A DNA stretch of 60,985 bases, the filler included, from Diploschistes diacapsis (taxonomy: Eukaryota): assembly GCA_023645945.1 (NCBI GenBank). It is 6 parts of 6 records of this genome, joined end to end, with 100 filler letters (N's around TTAATTAATTAA, not from the genome) between each part and the next. Parts side by side here need not be neighbours in the genome. Positions count along the whole stretch, not along the records: positions 1 to 10,105 come from JALAIB010000961.1; positions 10,206 to 20,308 come from JALAIB010000962.1; 4 more parts are not named here. The stretch is one strand, 5' to 3'. The notes beneath the pieces are model-generated. The model ran no database searches and was not told the origin of the DNA. It was given only the letters and a program-made list of their open reading frames with translations. Below, piece after piece: positions 1 to 13,030 of the stretch (its first letter is position 1; each line of letters starts with the position of its first letter). Made by a program: the position numbers and the translations under genes.

Positions 1-246
1 GAGGAGGGCGGAGGATCGGGTGGGGATGTGGGGTTGGCGAGTGGCAGTGGGAGGGAAAGGGAAAGGGATGAGGCGGTAGGAGCGGAAGAGAAAGGGAGGG
101 GCGAGGATCAAGAAGGCATGAGGCTGAGGGTGCGGCGACCGGAGGAAGATGAGATGTCGCGGAAGAGAGCGAGTTCGAGTTTCGGCGACGTGTCCGGCAC
201 GGATAGCGAGTGGGACAAGGTTAGTGAGAACGAGGGGAGGGAATAG
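1..246 (+). CDS. 3' end of a gene truncated by the contig start; possibly the ER V-ATPase assembly factor Pkr1 C-terminus
   Basis: The ORF ends ...RKRASSSFGDVSGTDSEWDKVSENEGRE*, resembling the charged tail with STDSEWEKV seen in Pezizomycotina Pkr1-like proteins. The N-terminal TM region is not in the window. Confidence 0.4.
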   Translation, partial: EEGGGSGGDVGLASGSGRERERDEAVGAEEKGRGEDQEGMRLRVRRPEEDEMSRKRASSSFGDVSGTDSEWDKVSENEGRE

Positions 247-1445
247 GGATAGAATACGGCGCTGAGTGCTATGTCGTCTTCGGACTGGACGGTAGGGGCA
301 GGGGGTGGTCATGGCGCCTACTACTACTAGGCCACCTGCATATATAGTCAGGGCACTCCCCGAGTTCCATACCTACTACCTCCTATCCACTTAGAGTACT
401 CCCGAAAGCAATGCATCTCGATCATTCCCAGGCGAGGGGCATGATCCGTTTCCAGCAGGAGTAGCAAGAGCCATAGAATCAAGGTGCAGTCGGATACGAC
501 TTTTCCCTACTTTATGCTCTCTCTAAATTGCAAGCGCTAGGAACGCTCGAAAGCACAACCCTATGAAGCTCAATGGCATCGTTTTCGAACTTACAACGCT
601 TCCACACGCACTCTGTCTTTGGGCTTCTTGAAGAAGCGTTGCTGATGTCTAGTCTGTCCTAGGCATCTACTTGAATTGTGATGCGATATCATGCAGCCCT
701 TTCCATAGCTGGTGTCGTGAAGCTCAACGCAGGAAGGAAGAGATTAGGCAAGTGAGCTCAGATTGCTCAACCCTTGCGAAACGAAGACTAAGAACATTGA
801 TCCCAACAGCTGTACTCTGTCCTTCGTTAATCGTTTCGTGAGCTACAAAGGAACTGTGGAGAATTGGGAAAAGATGTCCTACGTTTTACGATTGGATGGC
901 ACGTTAAACAAAACCTTTGGTTCCTATAGAGATGCAGATCGTCGACTATCATTACTTATATGCAATTTACCTGGGGATCAAGGCCAATGTTCCACCGAAG
1001 GTCTCCCAGTAGTCGGAAATTACTGTGTTGGAAGCCTACAAGGTTTGCGTGTCCAGATCTGATGGCTGTCAGGAAGGACCACTGGGTATCCACAGATGGA
1101 CCAAATAGGAACGATGAGGGCCATCGAAGAGCATTAAATGTGAAATGCGATGATGTCCGAAGGCGAACGGCTTCCATAGGAGCAACTCGCCGGACATCAT
1201 TCTTTATAAGACAAGATGCTTTATTCTCGAGGGGTTGACCTAAGTCCTTTCCGCTAGCAATTTGTATTCGATATAACTATTATGACAACAACCTCTTTAT
1301 ATCATCCGGTAAGCTGATCTTCTTTAAGAGATCGAGCAAGCTTTGGATAGCTCTCCTTAGGAAAGCTCCAGCATCGTCTCCACCATAAAGTTCTTTCTAT
1401 CGTCCCTGAGCTTCTTCAAACGCAACTTCTCCAGCCTTCTAGCGC

Positions 1446-2440
1446 TTAGTTGGCCAATCGGAATTTTTGTAGCGCTCCAGTCTTTTCATCAAATAAGTCA
1501 TCCGTGGCTTCGACATGCTCTGCGTTCTCGTCTACCCCTTGACATATAAATGCTTCTAGACCGGCGACATCCGCATCGAAATCGAGTATATCTGCGACGG
1601 TTTCCGCTGGCGTGCAGCTTGCACAAATGCCACCATCTGATTGACCCAAGCTTCACATTCTTCGAGACCTTCAACACCAGGGCCGCGACTAAACTCCACG
1701 GTCATTATACTTCCGAAGTATAGGTTCATGAAATTTCGACTACAGTATCGATCACCAGTATTATTCATGAGGTCCGCGATCTCAACAATATTGTCATAAG
1801 CTTTGACGGCATCAATGCACTCTGTCAGAGAGGTTCATGAGCTCCGGGTTATCAAACCTGTTGCTTTTGGTTTACTCGTTGCTTCGTCGTGCTTGCGGAA
1901 CGATAACATTCCATGCAGTTTCGAAGTGGCGAATCGCAGCTGCAATCTTCTTTAACTCTTTAGTCGACCAGTCGGAAGCACCCTCAGGATAAATGTGAAC
2001 ATGGAGTCCGCAGCTGCGATTGGTCTCAAGGTTACAACAATCGTCGGCAACTGAGAACACTGCTGCCAGCTCTTCACGCCAGTTTGAGTTGCCGTATTCA
2101 AGAACTGGCGACAAAAGGCTCAACAGCCCCTAAAAATGTCAGTAATAAGCTTATTAGATAAACCATTCCTCTAGCAGGGGATTTGAGGACCAACGTTAGT
2201 TTTTCTCTTCGTTCAGCTTAATTGTGCTATCATTTGTCACGCACCATCCTTCTTCGACTCCTTGGTATTCGCCCATCTATGTCCGCATGCATGTGAAACT
2301 TTCCTTCAGTTTCATTATTGGAGAGCTCTACCAGCCAATCTGCAAATGTGTCTACCTCGGCTGCAGCAGCAACGTCCATTCTGTCTTCTCTTTGGCTCAG
2401 AAGAACCTAGATCTCAATCCCAATAGCAGCCGTAATCAGC
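1446..2440 (-). pseudogene. Putative amidoligase (COOH-NH2 ligase type 2 / Amidoligase_2 family), disrupted
   Basis: Motifs reconstructed across frames: IGIEI* (normally GIEIE; TAG at ~2407), WCVTNDSTI, VE/LLSPVL (frameshift), NRSCGLHVHI, RRSNE* (in-frame TAA at 1872), DRYCSRNFMNL, TVEFSRGP (normally TVEFR). One probable intron at ~2130-2195. Confidence 0.75.
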
Positions 2441-3029
2441 TATCACTAGTGTCAAAAAAGCTCGGGAAGAAAGAGGAATAGTGAGAAGGGAAGACAGCAT
2501 TGAGAGAACTCGCAGACGAAAGAGTAAAGAATATAAAAATTCCATATTCTGTCCCCAGCTACTTTAAAGTAAATAATTTGAAAATGTTCGAGTGAATTCT
2601 TGACAATAATCATGACGGAACATGGTCGACTAAAGGGGAGCTTACGAGAGATAAGATATTCCCAATTCGGATCGATTCGAGGATATTATGATTATACGCT
2701 TTTGTGTAATAGTTTGATATCGAACTTACTGAAATAGATGGACAGGCGCTCGGCTGCCAAATCTTGTTTATTATTTCAATAGCCCACTGAAGTCTGTCTG
2801 AGCCCGGCATATAATTAAAGATATTATAAGAACTAACAACAATCAAGCAGAAACACAAAACGAGATCCGACGAAGAAGACCAGCGGCTTATCGTAGATCC
2901 AATCCAATTCACTTCAACGATCTCAGAGAAAGTTCGAGTCCTCTTTTCCGACTCCGACTCAAGCCGCGGCAGATATTGCTGGCATTTGCACGCACTCGCT
3001 TGATTCTTCCAGATATGCAGGATTGGCTC

Positions 3030-3601
3030 CTAGCGCTCCCTCAACTGCCGCATCTCCAACCGTTTCATCTGGTAATCCTTCAAGTCGAACGCTCCCTCCC
3101 GCAGCTCTTCAACAGCCGAATTCCACACAAACGTTACTCCCCAAAACTTTCTTGCCATCCTCCATCAGCCAGATCCCACAACCAGCTTTCCTGTACCGTT
3201 TCGTCTCGTAGTCCTGCAGCAGCTTGACCTGCTCCGCGGATCGAACTTCGAACGCAACCCCTTCTACCTTCCCACCGCGCGGTCCGTCCAGGAGCGCGGG
3301 GTAGGGCCCCCCATTGTTTGCAGTGGTACCCAGAAACCGTAGCCCGCTGAAATACCGGTCGTTCATCTAGATGCAGAACCTTCTGTAGTGTTTCGGGATC
3401 CGTCAGGGTGCCATAGAAGAAGAAGAAGAGCTGTTTGCGGGACGAAAAACGCCTCCCTGTGTTGATGCCGACGCTGGGCCTGGGGTTTGCGTGAAAATTG
3501 TAAAATCTTTTCGCGAATCCTCTGAGTGGTGGAAGGTTTTCTTTGAGAGGCCCCCAACCGAGGAAGCGGTTTGGATGGCGACTGATCTTCTTTGGCGGCA
3601 A
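3030..3601 (-). pseudogene. Gamma-glutamylcyclotransferase / AIG2-like protein with two +1 frameshifts
   Basis: Signature FFYGTLTDPETLQKVL, then CKQWG|PYPALLDG across an extra G in a G6 run (~3307-3312), LQDYET, and a second shift in TTTTGGGG (~3140) leading to GVTFVWN...GAFDLKDYQM...* (stop at 3030). Confidence 0.7.
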
Positions 3602-3953
3602 TGATTGTCTTCGACTGATGATGAGACATGTCTGACTTCGATCTTAAGGGTGGAACCAAGAGAAGAAATTGGGAGCGATGGGACAGGAAAGTGGGTTACA
3701 GAGAGGATTTATAAATCGAGGTCAAAGCGGCATGTAGGTCTAGTGAGGCGGATAATGGTGGTTGAGACCAAAGACATTGTTGATGTCAAATCATGCATTT
3801 GTGAGTCCCACGAAGCTAATAAAGGATGCAAAGTTAATCAATGCTCAATCAATATTTACATTTAGGAAAGTCATTATCATCTTGGCAGATTAACAAGCTC
3901 CATAAACTCGGCCGTGAATTAATGTTCGACCAAATATCTCCGATATGGCTGCT

Positions 3954-6900
3954 CTATTGATAACCAAAGCCTCGGTTGTTGGCAATAGCTAGCCTAAGCC
4001 TTTGAGCCATGATTTCTTTGCTGGAATATTCCGGAAGTAGCAAACGACCGAAACACGTCGCGCTCGAAGGTAAACGCTGTTTGATCGTTAGTGGTTGTCA
4101 GACTCGAAAGAACGAAAGAAGAAGGGCATACCTCGTCTCCAACTCCGTTTCTTTGAACTATGAAGGTCATCTCCTGGATGCCACGCACAGGAACCCTGTC
4201 GCTGGCCGTCACAAACTCGAGCAACAACCGCGCTTCCTCCGGTGAATAACTTTTGACAATATTCCAAAAGTCGACAATGGTAGGATGCTGCGCGCTATAG
4301 CCATCTTCGTACTCCGTTGTTCGCTGAAGGCCATCGATATCGATTTGTTGAATTCCTTCAACCAGAGCTCGAAGCGCTTCGGGTGTGAACAGCCGAAGAG
4401 ATTTCTTCTGAAGGGGCAGGTAGAAGCCCGTGGCAAAAGCAGAGAACTGAGGAGCAATCGACTTATCCGTCAGCCAGTAGATATAATCCCACACATATCT
4501 GGATCTGTTTTCATTCGTCACCATGGCTGCCTCATCCGCTTGTGTAACCTTGTTTTCTGCGGATCTGTCGGAAGCGGCTCCATCTACAACATCAAAATTT
4601 TGTGAAGTAAAGGCGCTTGACATATCTTCGAACGATTTCACGCTTTCAAAGTGATCCTCGGGCGCTGAGACGTCTTGCTGTGGCCAAGGATCTCCTCGCT
4701 TGTACTTTTGCATGTCAACATCGTGGTTCATGCCTTGGGAAACGAAGCTAAAGGTGTATTGGCGCATGAAAACATCCTCGACAGAACCATGATACTTTAG
4801 CAATTGGACAAAGCCTCTCGTGAGTGCTGGCCAGCCGTCCGTTATATGCGACAGTATGTTAACCGGCAATTCAAGGAGTTTGCGGTAGAGCGCAATGGGG
4901 AACGTAACCGGCAATGTTAATCCATTATACACGGCAAGACCAAACAACAGCCCAATAAGAACGTACTGATAGAGAGGTGCTTGGGAACCTGGGAGAAACC
5001 AAGTCATCCGAGTGACTTCGTCAACAGAGAAAAGTCCATGGACAGGGTCAAGAGCTTCTGCGACGGCAAGGCGGAAGAATTCTTGCTGCACTCCTCCCAG
5101 GTCGAAACCTTCCTCGCCCTCGTCCATACCCATCCTAACCTTCAATGGCCTCAGCAACTCCCTCTTCTGGCGTCTCCACAACTGGTTTAGGGCATCGCGA
5201 AGAAGATTGTCCCGTCGGATTTCCAGAACAAGGAAGGTTGTGGTGGATACCCGAAGCTTATCGAACAGTTTTCTCCGCGCGCCATTGACATACCAAGCCA
5301 TCCGACCCATCAAACCATCCACCATGGTGGACCTCTCATAGGATTTGAACATGACCGAGAAATTGATGGCCCTGAAGAACGTAATGATGGATGACGGGGT
5401 GAAAAGCCAGGGAAAAGAAAGGAGGTGACCGGTGCGAGTAGTAGGTATGAATGTCATCCAGGCCTTCGGCATCTCAACAAAATCTGTCCTCTGGAAGAGG
5501 ATCCTCATTGCGAAGTCTTCTGGTCCAAGACCAAGGGCGAAGCGATTCTGGTCTTCGCCCTGTTAGCATCGTGTCCAGACATCGGAAAGGTACTTACAGA
5601 GAAACCACATAAAGTCGATCGCGCACCCGGCATCACTAGACCAAGAGAATTCGGGCTCACCGTTCCAGTCCTGAAGAAAGACCATTCTGGCCCACTCAAG
5701 GAGAAATTTACAAAGTAGGGAGCGGCGAGGAGGTTTCTGCTGCCGAGTCGCAGTTTCCAGGAACTGCACTATCCTGGTTCTGAAGACCGTGGGTTTCGAT
5801 TGAAAGCGGGAGATCCCTTGTGGTGAATCTTCTCCATCTTCCAGAGGGCTGGTGGATTGATAGTTCCAAGAAGCAAGCGACCGAAAGACGATTCGGGCCA
5901 GATGCAGGGCTTGCTCATCCTGATACGACAACATATACTCCGCGACCGACTTTCGAACGGGCAAGCTATGGTTATTGATGGACAGGAACTGACCCTTCTT
6001 TCGACCGTCGGAGAAAAGCTTCCAAGATTCTTGCTTGAGCTCTTTGCCCTGGTTCTTGACGGCGCGTGCAACAAGCGCGGCTAATGTGACATTGAATATA
6101 TGCGCCGCATCTGCCACGGGAATAGTTTTAGAGGAATTGGGAAGCCTTGGATCAATATAAGTAGCTTGCACGCAAAGGGCAAGACTCATAAGGACGGTTC
6201 GTGGGTGCTGTTCAAAGTCGAGCAGTACGAGGAGCTCTTGCACCAGAACCGCTATTGGAACTTCCTTCGGTTCGCTGTTGGGAAAGAATTTCGAGAACCG
6301 TAAGTCCATGCCGTACTTCTGAATTTCGGAAGGAGAGCCTAAGACGTTCGCAATCGATCGCAGCAAAGCATTACGCTCATTCGCAACATCGAGTACGCCC
6401 AGAAAGCAGTGTCCACCAATTGGACAAGTGCGACCAAGGTTCCGAACGTCACGTTTGGGAACTCTGCGGTGTGGAAACCTCCCAAATAAAAGTTGACCGA
6501 AGTTCGATAACGCATAAGGGTTCCAAACGGTAGCCAATGCTGGAGTCGGGGGAACGGAATAACTAAAGACACCTATCCGAGGGTGCAGGCTCACGGTCTC
6601 AATAAAAGGCTTGTTGGGCTTGACCGGCACGGAAGAGCTAACGTCTAGATTTGCGAAAGCCTTCAGGATTGGCGTTAAATGATCGTCTGTCCAGGGCGGA
6701 AGCAGGCGATATTTTCCTAGGTAGATCTCCGTGAATGAACAAAGCCTCCATGTAACCGTACTGAAGAGTTTCTGAGAAAACGATTTGGGGTCGATTGGGG
6801 GCTCAGAAGTGTTTTTCACCTCAGGTGACTCGACGAAGTTTGATTCCTCTTCATCATGCAGCGAGTTATGGAGAGTGGTCGAGGCAGAAGTCTGTCTAAA

Positions 6901-7431
6901 GTCTCCATCTGCTTCGAGGATTTTCTTAGATGGTCGTCCTGCACCGCGGACTAAACTGTGCTCTAGATGTCCAGCCCATACCGCAGAGTCTTGCTCTTTC
7001 TTGAACGCTCGATTTAACACTTCCAATGTTGCAAACGCACGATCGCGTTTATCAGGCTTCGGCAATGGAGGGTGTCGACAGAGATGTCTGTAAGGGTCGT
7101 CCAGGCTTGCTAGGTAGGATGCGATGGCTCTCGCAGTCAGGGGCGTTGGTACCCGATATGGAACACTCTTGACCAGTCGGTCGCGGCATGTTCGGCAAGT
7201 AGGGACGGTACAAGCGGGCTCCTGACAGCCATATCGAATCTGGGTATAGAAGCTGTGCGGCGGTCAATCAGAGACCAGTGATGGGCGACGGCGCATATAC
7301 CACTCGACAAGGGCAACAAGTTGCCTCCGTCTTTCGTCTCTTTGGTCATCATACTGCAAATATGGATAGCATCTAGCTTTAGGCAGAGCAACCGATGTGC
7401 GCGCTGAATCCGCTTGCACACTGGGCATCAT
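3954..7431 (-). CDS. HECT E3 ubiquitin ligase with N-terminal AZUL-like Zn motif (E6AP/mug30/Hul4-like), multi-exon
   Basis: N-terminal [22 protein letters not shown] after intron 1. HECT domain: [21 protein letters not shown] and [12 protein letters not shown]. The last exon [17 protein letters not shown]...GFG* carries the catalytic Cys. GT-AG introns near 7255-7300, 5545-5597 and 4078-4131. Confidence 0.9.
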
Positions 7432-8118
7432 TTTAAGGATAGGCTAGATTTGATGCACCAGAATGCTAGAGTCGAGCATTGGCTTAACATTGTCTCGAGA
7501 GACGTTGCCGTGAACGGTATATTCTGGTTATGTCTTATAAGTAGAGCATGGATTCACGGTCCTCCAAAAGAAGCACATGAAGCTTTACGACTTACCCTAG
7601 CCCTGGTGGGATTGAACGTGACCGGAAAATAGAAAATCCCTGCATAGCGGAGACATGGAGGCTGGAAGGTCAACGACCTATTAGCATAGCTTCCATATCT
7701 TCTGCTGAATACTCTGCTTACAACCAATGACCTAGCTCGTAACTTAAATGATGCTAATAACAGAACATAGCTCGGTTCAAAGGCCGACTTGAAGGGTCCT
7801 AAATGCGTCATACTCAGTCATACTCAGTCCAAACGGTGATGGCGATAGGGCTGCCCATAACTTACTTCAAGCACACCTATTATTATTCATTCTTATTCCC
7901 ATATCATCGCTGTTGACTCATTGACTTTGGTCGGTTTTCTTTCTCAGAGCTGCCTCTTGGTCAACAGTTTGATTAGTGGTTTGTCTTCCGTTGAACCATC
8001 GCAGCTCACCCGTGCTGTTCAGTCATCCTTCACTCAAACTCCACTTCTGGATTTAAGCACCTCAGTGGCCACCGATTTCTTGTCATTACAACTCTCCCTC
8101 GAAATAGGCTTCTTCAAT

Positions 8119-9867
8119 ATGGCCACCATTACAGCAAGCAGGCCTACAGCGGCAGGAAACCAGGGCTCCGCTGCCTCGGCGTCAATATCTTCGCATCCTT
8201 TCACTGTATGTGTGGCCCTGCGATATTCCAAATCGAGCTAACTACCCAGTGCGTGACATGTTCTATTGCTTTCCGAAGTAGTGAGCTCCAGAGGGCGCAC
8301 ATGCGGAGTGACTGGCAGTATGCGGCCCATCACCAAATTGTATAGTTTACGCCCTTACATATTTAGTCGCTATAACCTCAAGCGCCGTGTTGCATCCCTA
8401 CCCCCGTTATCATCCGAAGTCTTCGCCGAGAAAGTGCTCCATGCCCAGACAAGCTCATCGGCGGCCGCGGCCAGGGCTTCATTTGAGAAAACATGCCCCG
8501 CATGCCAAAGAACGTACTATAGTGAGAATGCATATCAAAACCATCTGGGAAGTCAAAAGCATCGTATGAGGGCAACTGCCTTGTCCGAAGCAAACGGTAT
8601 GGTGGACACCGAGACTGCCTCGATATTGAGCTCTACCATATCCCTTGGTGAACCCCTGGAGACGACAGCACCAGAAGACACAGACGATCCGGAGGTGGAA
8701 GCGGAGTTCTCAAGGGTTGTGAATGGTATCAAGGATATTCAAGTTGAAAAATCTGGTCCAGTCTCGCGACGACCAACTCGGCCACAAAATTCTGCCGATG
8801 ATTATCGTCCAGAGCATTCCATATCTCCAGAAACTCGGACCACATCAGTAGCAACGACAGCCACCACCCAACAACCATCATCAATGCCAATAAGTCGTTG
8901 CCTATTCTGCAACTACGACTCTCCAAACCTTAAATTGAGTATCATGCACATGACCAAGTTCCATGGCCTCTTTATACCAGAGCAACCGTACCTTGTAGAT
9001 CTAGAAGGGCTAATAGCATATCTACAGGCTAAAATAGCAGAAAATTATGAATGTCTATTCTGCCATAAGCTCAAGGGCTCGATGAATGGCGTCCAAACTC
9101 ATATGCGTGATAAGGGTCACTGCATGATTGCTTTTGATACGGAAGAAGAGATGATAGAGGTTGGGCAGTTCTACGATTTCCGAAGCACCTATTCCGATGA
9201 TGAAGAGGAGGAAGATGGAGAGTCCGAGTCCGAGTCCGAGTCCGAGTCCGAGGCCAAGGGCAAGGGGCAAAAGGCTGCTAAGCTTGGCGCCAGGCCATCT
9301 TCTTGTAATGGCGGCGAAGATGATGAAGGATGGGAGACTGACTCTTCTGCTTCGGTCGACACCAATGAGATCAGTTCTGTGCCCATAGACCAGGATTATC
9401 ATCGACTACCACACCATCGCCATCACACACATTACGATGCCCGGGCGCACCGTGCTCCAGACGGCTTCCACTCACACGCCCACTCCCACCATGCTTCTTT
9501 CCACTCCGACTATGAGCTCCACCTTCCAACAGGCCGGACAGCGGGCCATCGCTCACTATCTCGCTACTACCGCCAGAATCTCCACAGCCATCCGTCAGCT
9601 GAGGAGCGTCAGCAACGGCTCTTGACGGACGGCCCATCTAAGGAGAGCGAGGAAAACCGGAATCCGAGCGGCGGTCGCCAAGTCATGCGAAGAGGCGAAG
9701 CTGGCATGCTCGGCGTTACGGATGCAAAGAAAAAAGATGTTGCTGCGGTCCAGAAGCGACAACAGCGCCAGGCGGATCGGGCGCAGAGACAGTACAACTG
9801 GGGTGTCCAAAGAAGGGCAAATAACCAGAAGCATTTCAGGGATGACAACTTTGGGACTCATATTTAG
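8119..9867 (+). CDS. REI1: Cytoplasmic pre-60S maturation factor, C2H2 zinc finger (Rei1/Reh1/ZNF622)
   Basis: HPFT|CVTCSIAF..QRAHMRSDWH|RYNLKRRVASLPP across two short introns; CLFC...HGLFIPEQPYLVD; HMRDKGHCMI; ELHLPTGRTAGHRSL; ANNQKHFRD. Confidence 0.92.
9220..9252 (+). repeat. (GAGTCC)5 coding microsatellite encoding an ES repeat in REI1
   Basis: gagtccgagtccgagtccgagtccgagtccgag read directly. Confidence 0.9.
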
Positions 9868-10105
9868 ACTCTTCAGGGAGAAATGCTAGGTCGCTTAAGC
9901 GGCGCAGTACATGCATAGCAGGAGCGCTCCTCGTTACAAAGTAGACGCGTGCAGAACTAGGTATAGCAGAACGAACTAAAGTGACAAGAGATCTAGAGTA
10001 TCTCAATCGGTAGTGTCTATGTGCCATGCTACTGCATCAATGGACAAACATGCATTAAATGTTAGTGGAGAAACGAAAGGCATCTTGCCCCAGCCCCTAC
10101 CACCC

Positions 10106-10205
10106 NNNNNNNNNNNNNNNNNNNNNNNNNNNNNNNNNNNNNNNNNNNNTTAATTAATTAANNNNNNNNNNNNNNNNNNNNNNNNNNNNNNNNNNNNNNN
10201 NNNNN
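10106..10205. other. Artificial contig linker (N-run + TTAATTAATTAA + N-run)
   Basis: 100-nt spacer with stop codons in all six frames. Confidence 0.99.
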
Positions 10206-11124
10206 AGGATAAGTTGCGAGAATATACTATCAATATTCTGTCTACGTACAGACTACATCGCATCTTTTCTTCTATAAGAAGTATGGAAATACGGCAGCAA
10301 CATAAGATATGGGTAGGGTACCTCTGGTTCGACTCTTTAAGACAGGCCTTAGGCATGCACTAGGTAGGTAGTCTTCAGTTAATCTTGACCACTTGAGATG
10401 TTGCGGAGCACTCTGGATCACTCACAGCGGTATCAGTTTTCGACTTTTTATTTTTATTTTATCTTTTAGGCTATCTTTCCTTTGGTCCAAAGCTTGGCCG
10501 CTTTCGGTTCCTCGGCTCTGTCGAAGAAGTCAACACTCCCCCCCCCCCCACCTGTCAGACAATGCTTTTTGACATCACCATTGCAAATTTCCCAACGTCT
10601 ACCTCGTTGTAATAACAGCAGAAATGGGCGGAGCAAAAAATCTTTGGCGTTCCCATGATAGATCCTTGTTGGCCGCTGCTGTTTAGGCTCAAGGACGGAC
10701 TTGGGGACAGAGCTGGCTTCTGGGAGGGGGTTCGCAAAGAGAAAGAGGACCGTTGTGATGTATGGATCTTCCGTTCAGCAGGATGCGACTTCTCTATGAT
10801 TAAGTGCTTTTGGCGTGCTGGAGCTCGATTTTGGGTTTATTCTAAGCGGATATGACGGCAATGGGGGACGGACGATATTTTCAACAACGCTCTTTTGTGG
10901 GTCCAGCGTCATTAGGCACTGGGCTTTTGCCTTTGATGTAGTCTACTTTCTTTTTATTCGTCATTGCATATACCCAAGTTGATCTCTCTTTTCCCTCCCT
11001 TGTTTCTGCACCACAGTTTCAAGAAAGCCTGGAGCTTCCTCGGTGAAGATCCCTAAAAGAGTCCTGGCTGTTTCCCGCAACGAGCAAGCACTCATATTGA
11101 ACGGACTGCAAACATTCTTATCCG

Positions 11125-13030
11125 ATGCAGTCTTTCAAGCAGTATCGCGCCCTCGGTAAGCGTGTCGAGGCGCAATTCAACAGCAAAGCCAAGCCGAACC
11201 CCAACCCACTGGACTTGTGCGGTGATGGACCAGCTCGAAGGGGACCGTTTCATGACTCTCGAGAGACAGACCGCTCTAACAGCTCCTCGCCCACGTTATC
11301 ACCATTATCGAATGACGTAGAGAAAGCCGATGCTCAGGGTCTCACTCCTCAGCCCAAGGCACAAGACGAAGATACCGATAGAGAGATGGGTGAGGCCGTA
11401 CAAGGAGATCTAGAAATGACACCAACCCACGCTACGGCTATCGGCCGGACAATGACCGGAGTAGAGGTCCGGAGAAGAACGACGAGGGAAGGCGGCAAGG
11501 ATAAGCAGGTCTTTGTCGTCGGATTTCAGGGCGACACCGATCCATTGAATCCGCACAATTGGCCCCATACAAAGAGGATATGGATAACGTGAGCAGTTCC
11601 CGTCGCCAATTGCAAAAGGTTCTATAGCTCATGTAAACCGACATAGTATGAATGTGGGAGCTATTGCCTGGATCGTCGGTTTCTCCTCCTCTGTCGACTC
11701 AGGGGCGCTACAGCAAGCAGCAGCAGAGTTTGGCGTGTCAGAAGTCACGGAGTCGTTGGCCACGGCACTGTTCCTGATTGCCTTCGGATGTGGTGGCCTG
11801 GTCGCCGGCCCCTTTTCCGAAGAGTTCGGACGAAATCCCATTTATATCGCGACAATGCTGGGCTTCATGGTCTTCGTCATGGCCTCTGCCCTGGCACCGA
11901 ATATTGGAGCGCAGCTTGCTTTCAGATACATTGCTGGATTCTTCGCATCGACGCCTTTGACTTGCGCTGGAGGCTCGATCTCAGATCTCTTCAATCCCAT
12001 GGAGAGGGTGTATGCTTTCCCGATCTTTGCGACGGCAGCTTTTATGGGACCCATATTCGGTAGGTACAACATACCCCATCAATTATCGCAAACGATCTCC
12101 TAACACTATCCAGGTCCCGTAGTCGGCGGATTTATTGCCGAGTCTAACGTGACATGGCGCTGGACTGAATGGGTGAGCCTCATTGTGGCGGCTGCCATCA
12201 CCTTCTCCCTCGTCCTTACTGTACCCGAAACCTACACGCCCGTTCTCCTCAAATACAAGGCGCAACAGCTCCGCAAGATCACCGGCGATGACCGCTACGT
12301 TGCCCCAGCCGAGATCAAAGACGAGACTTTTTTCCAGAAAATTAGGCGCGCCCTGTACCGGCCTTTCCTGATCCTCTTCCGGGAGCCGATCGTGCTGGTA
12401 TTTGCCCTGTACATCACCATCATCTACATCATCTTGTTCACCTTTCTGAACGGCTATACCTTCGTCTTTACAATGACCTACGGCATCTCCCAGGGTATTA
12501 CGGGTCTCTGCTTCTTGGGCATCATCATCGGTCTCGCATGCTGCCTGTTCATGGTCCCGCTAATCGGGTACTGGTACAAGCAAGACCTCGCCCGTGCCAA
12601 GGAGCGCAACGAAAACAGCCTCCCGCCCGAATTCCGCCTCTGGTTTTCCATCTTCGGGGCCCCCGCCGTGCCCATATCCATGTTCTGGATGGGCTGGACC
12701 GCACGCCCGGGGATCTCCATCTGGAGCCCGTTGGCGGCGAGCGTCCTGTTCGGCTACGGCATCTTGACCATCTTCATCTCGTGCTACCAGTACCTGATCG
12801 ATTCCTACGAGCTGTTTGCCGCGAGCGCCCTGGCTTCCATCACCGTCGTGCGGTATGTTGCGGCGGGAGGGATGGTGGTCGTGGCGATACCGATGTATGG
12901 GAATCTGAGCGTCGAGTGGACGCTGACGCTCCTGGGGTGTTTGAGCGTGTTGATGGTGCCGACGCCGTACTTGCTGTACAGGTATGGTAGGAAGATTAGG
13001 GGATGGTCGAGATATGCTGTTGTTACTTGA
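11125..13030 (+). CDS. MFS transporter, DHA1 (drug:H+ antiporter 1) family, 3 exons
   Basis: DPLNPHNWP, GPFSEEFGRNPIY, FRYIAGFFAS, GGSISDLF, WRWTEW, PETY, PEFRLW, YLIDSY. Introns at ~11589-11647 and ~12061-12113. Confidence 0.92.
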
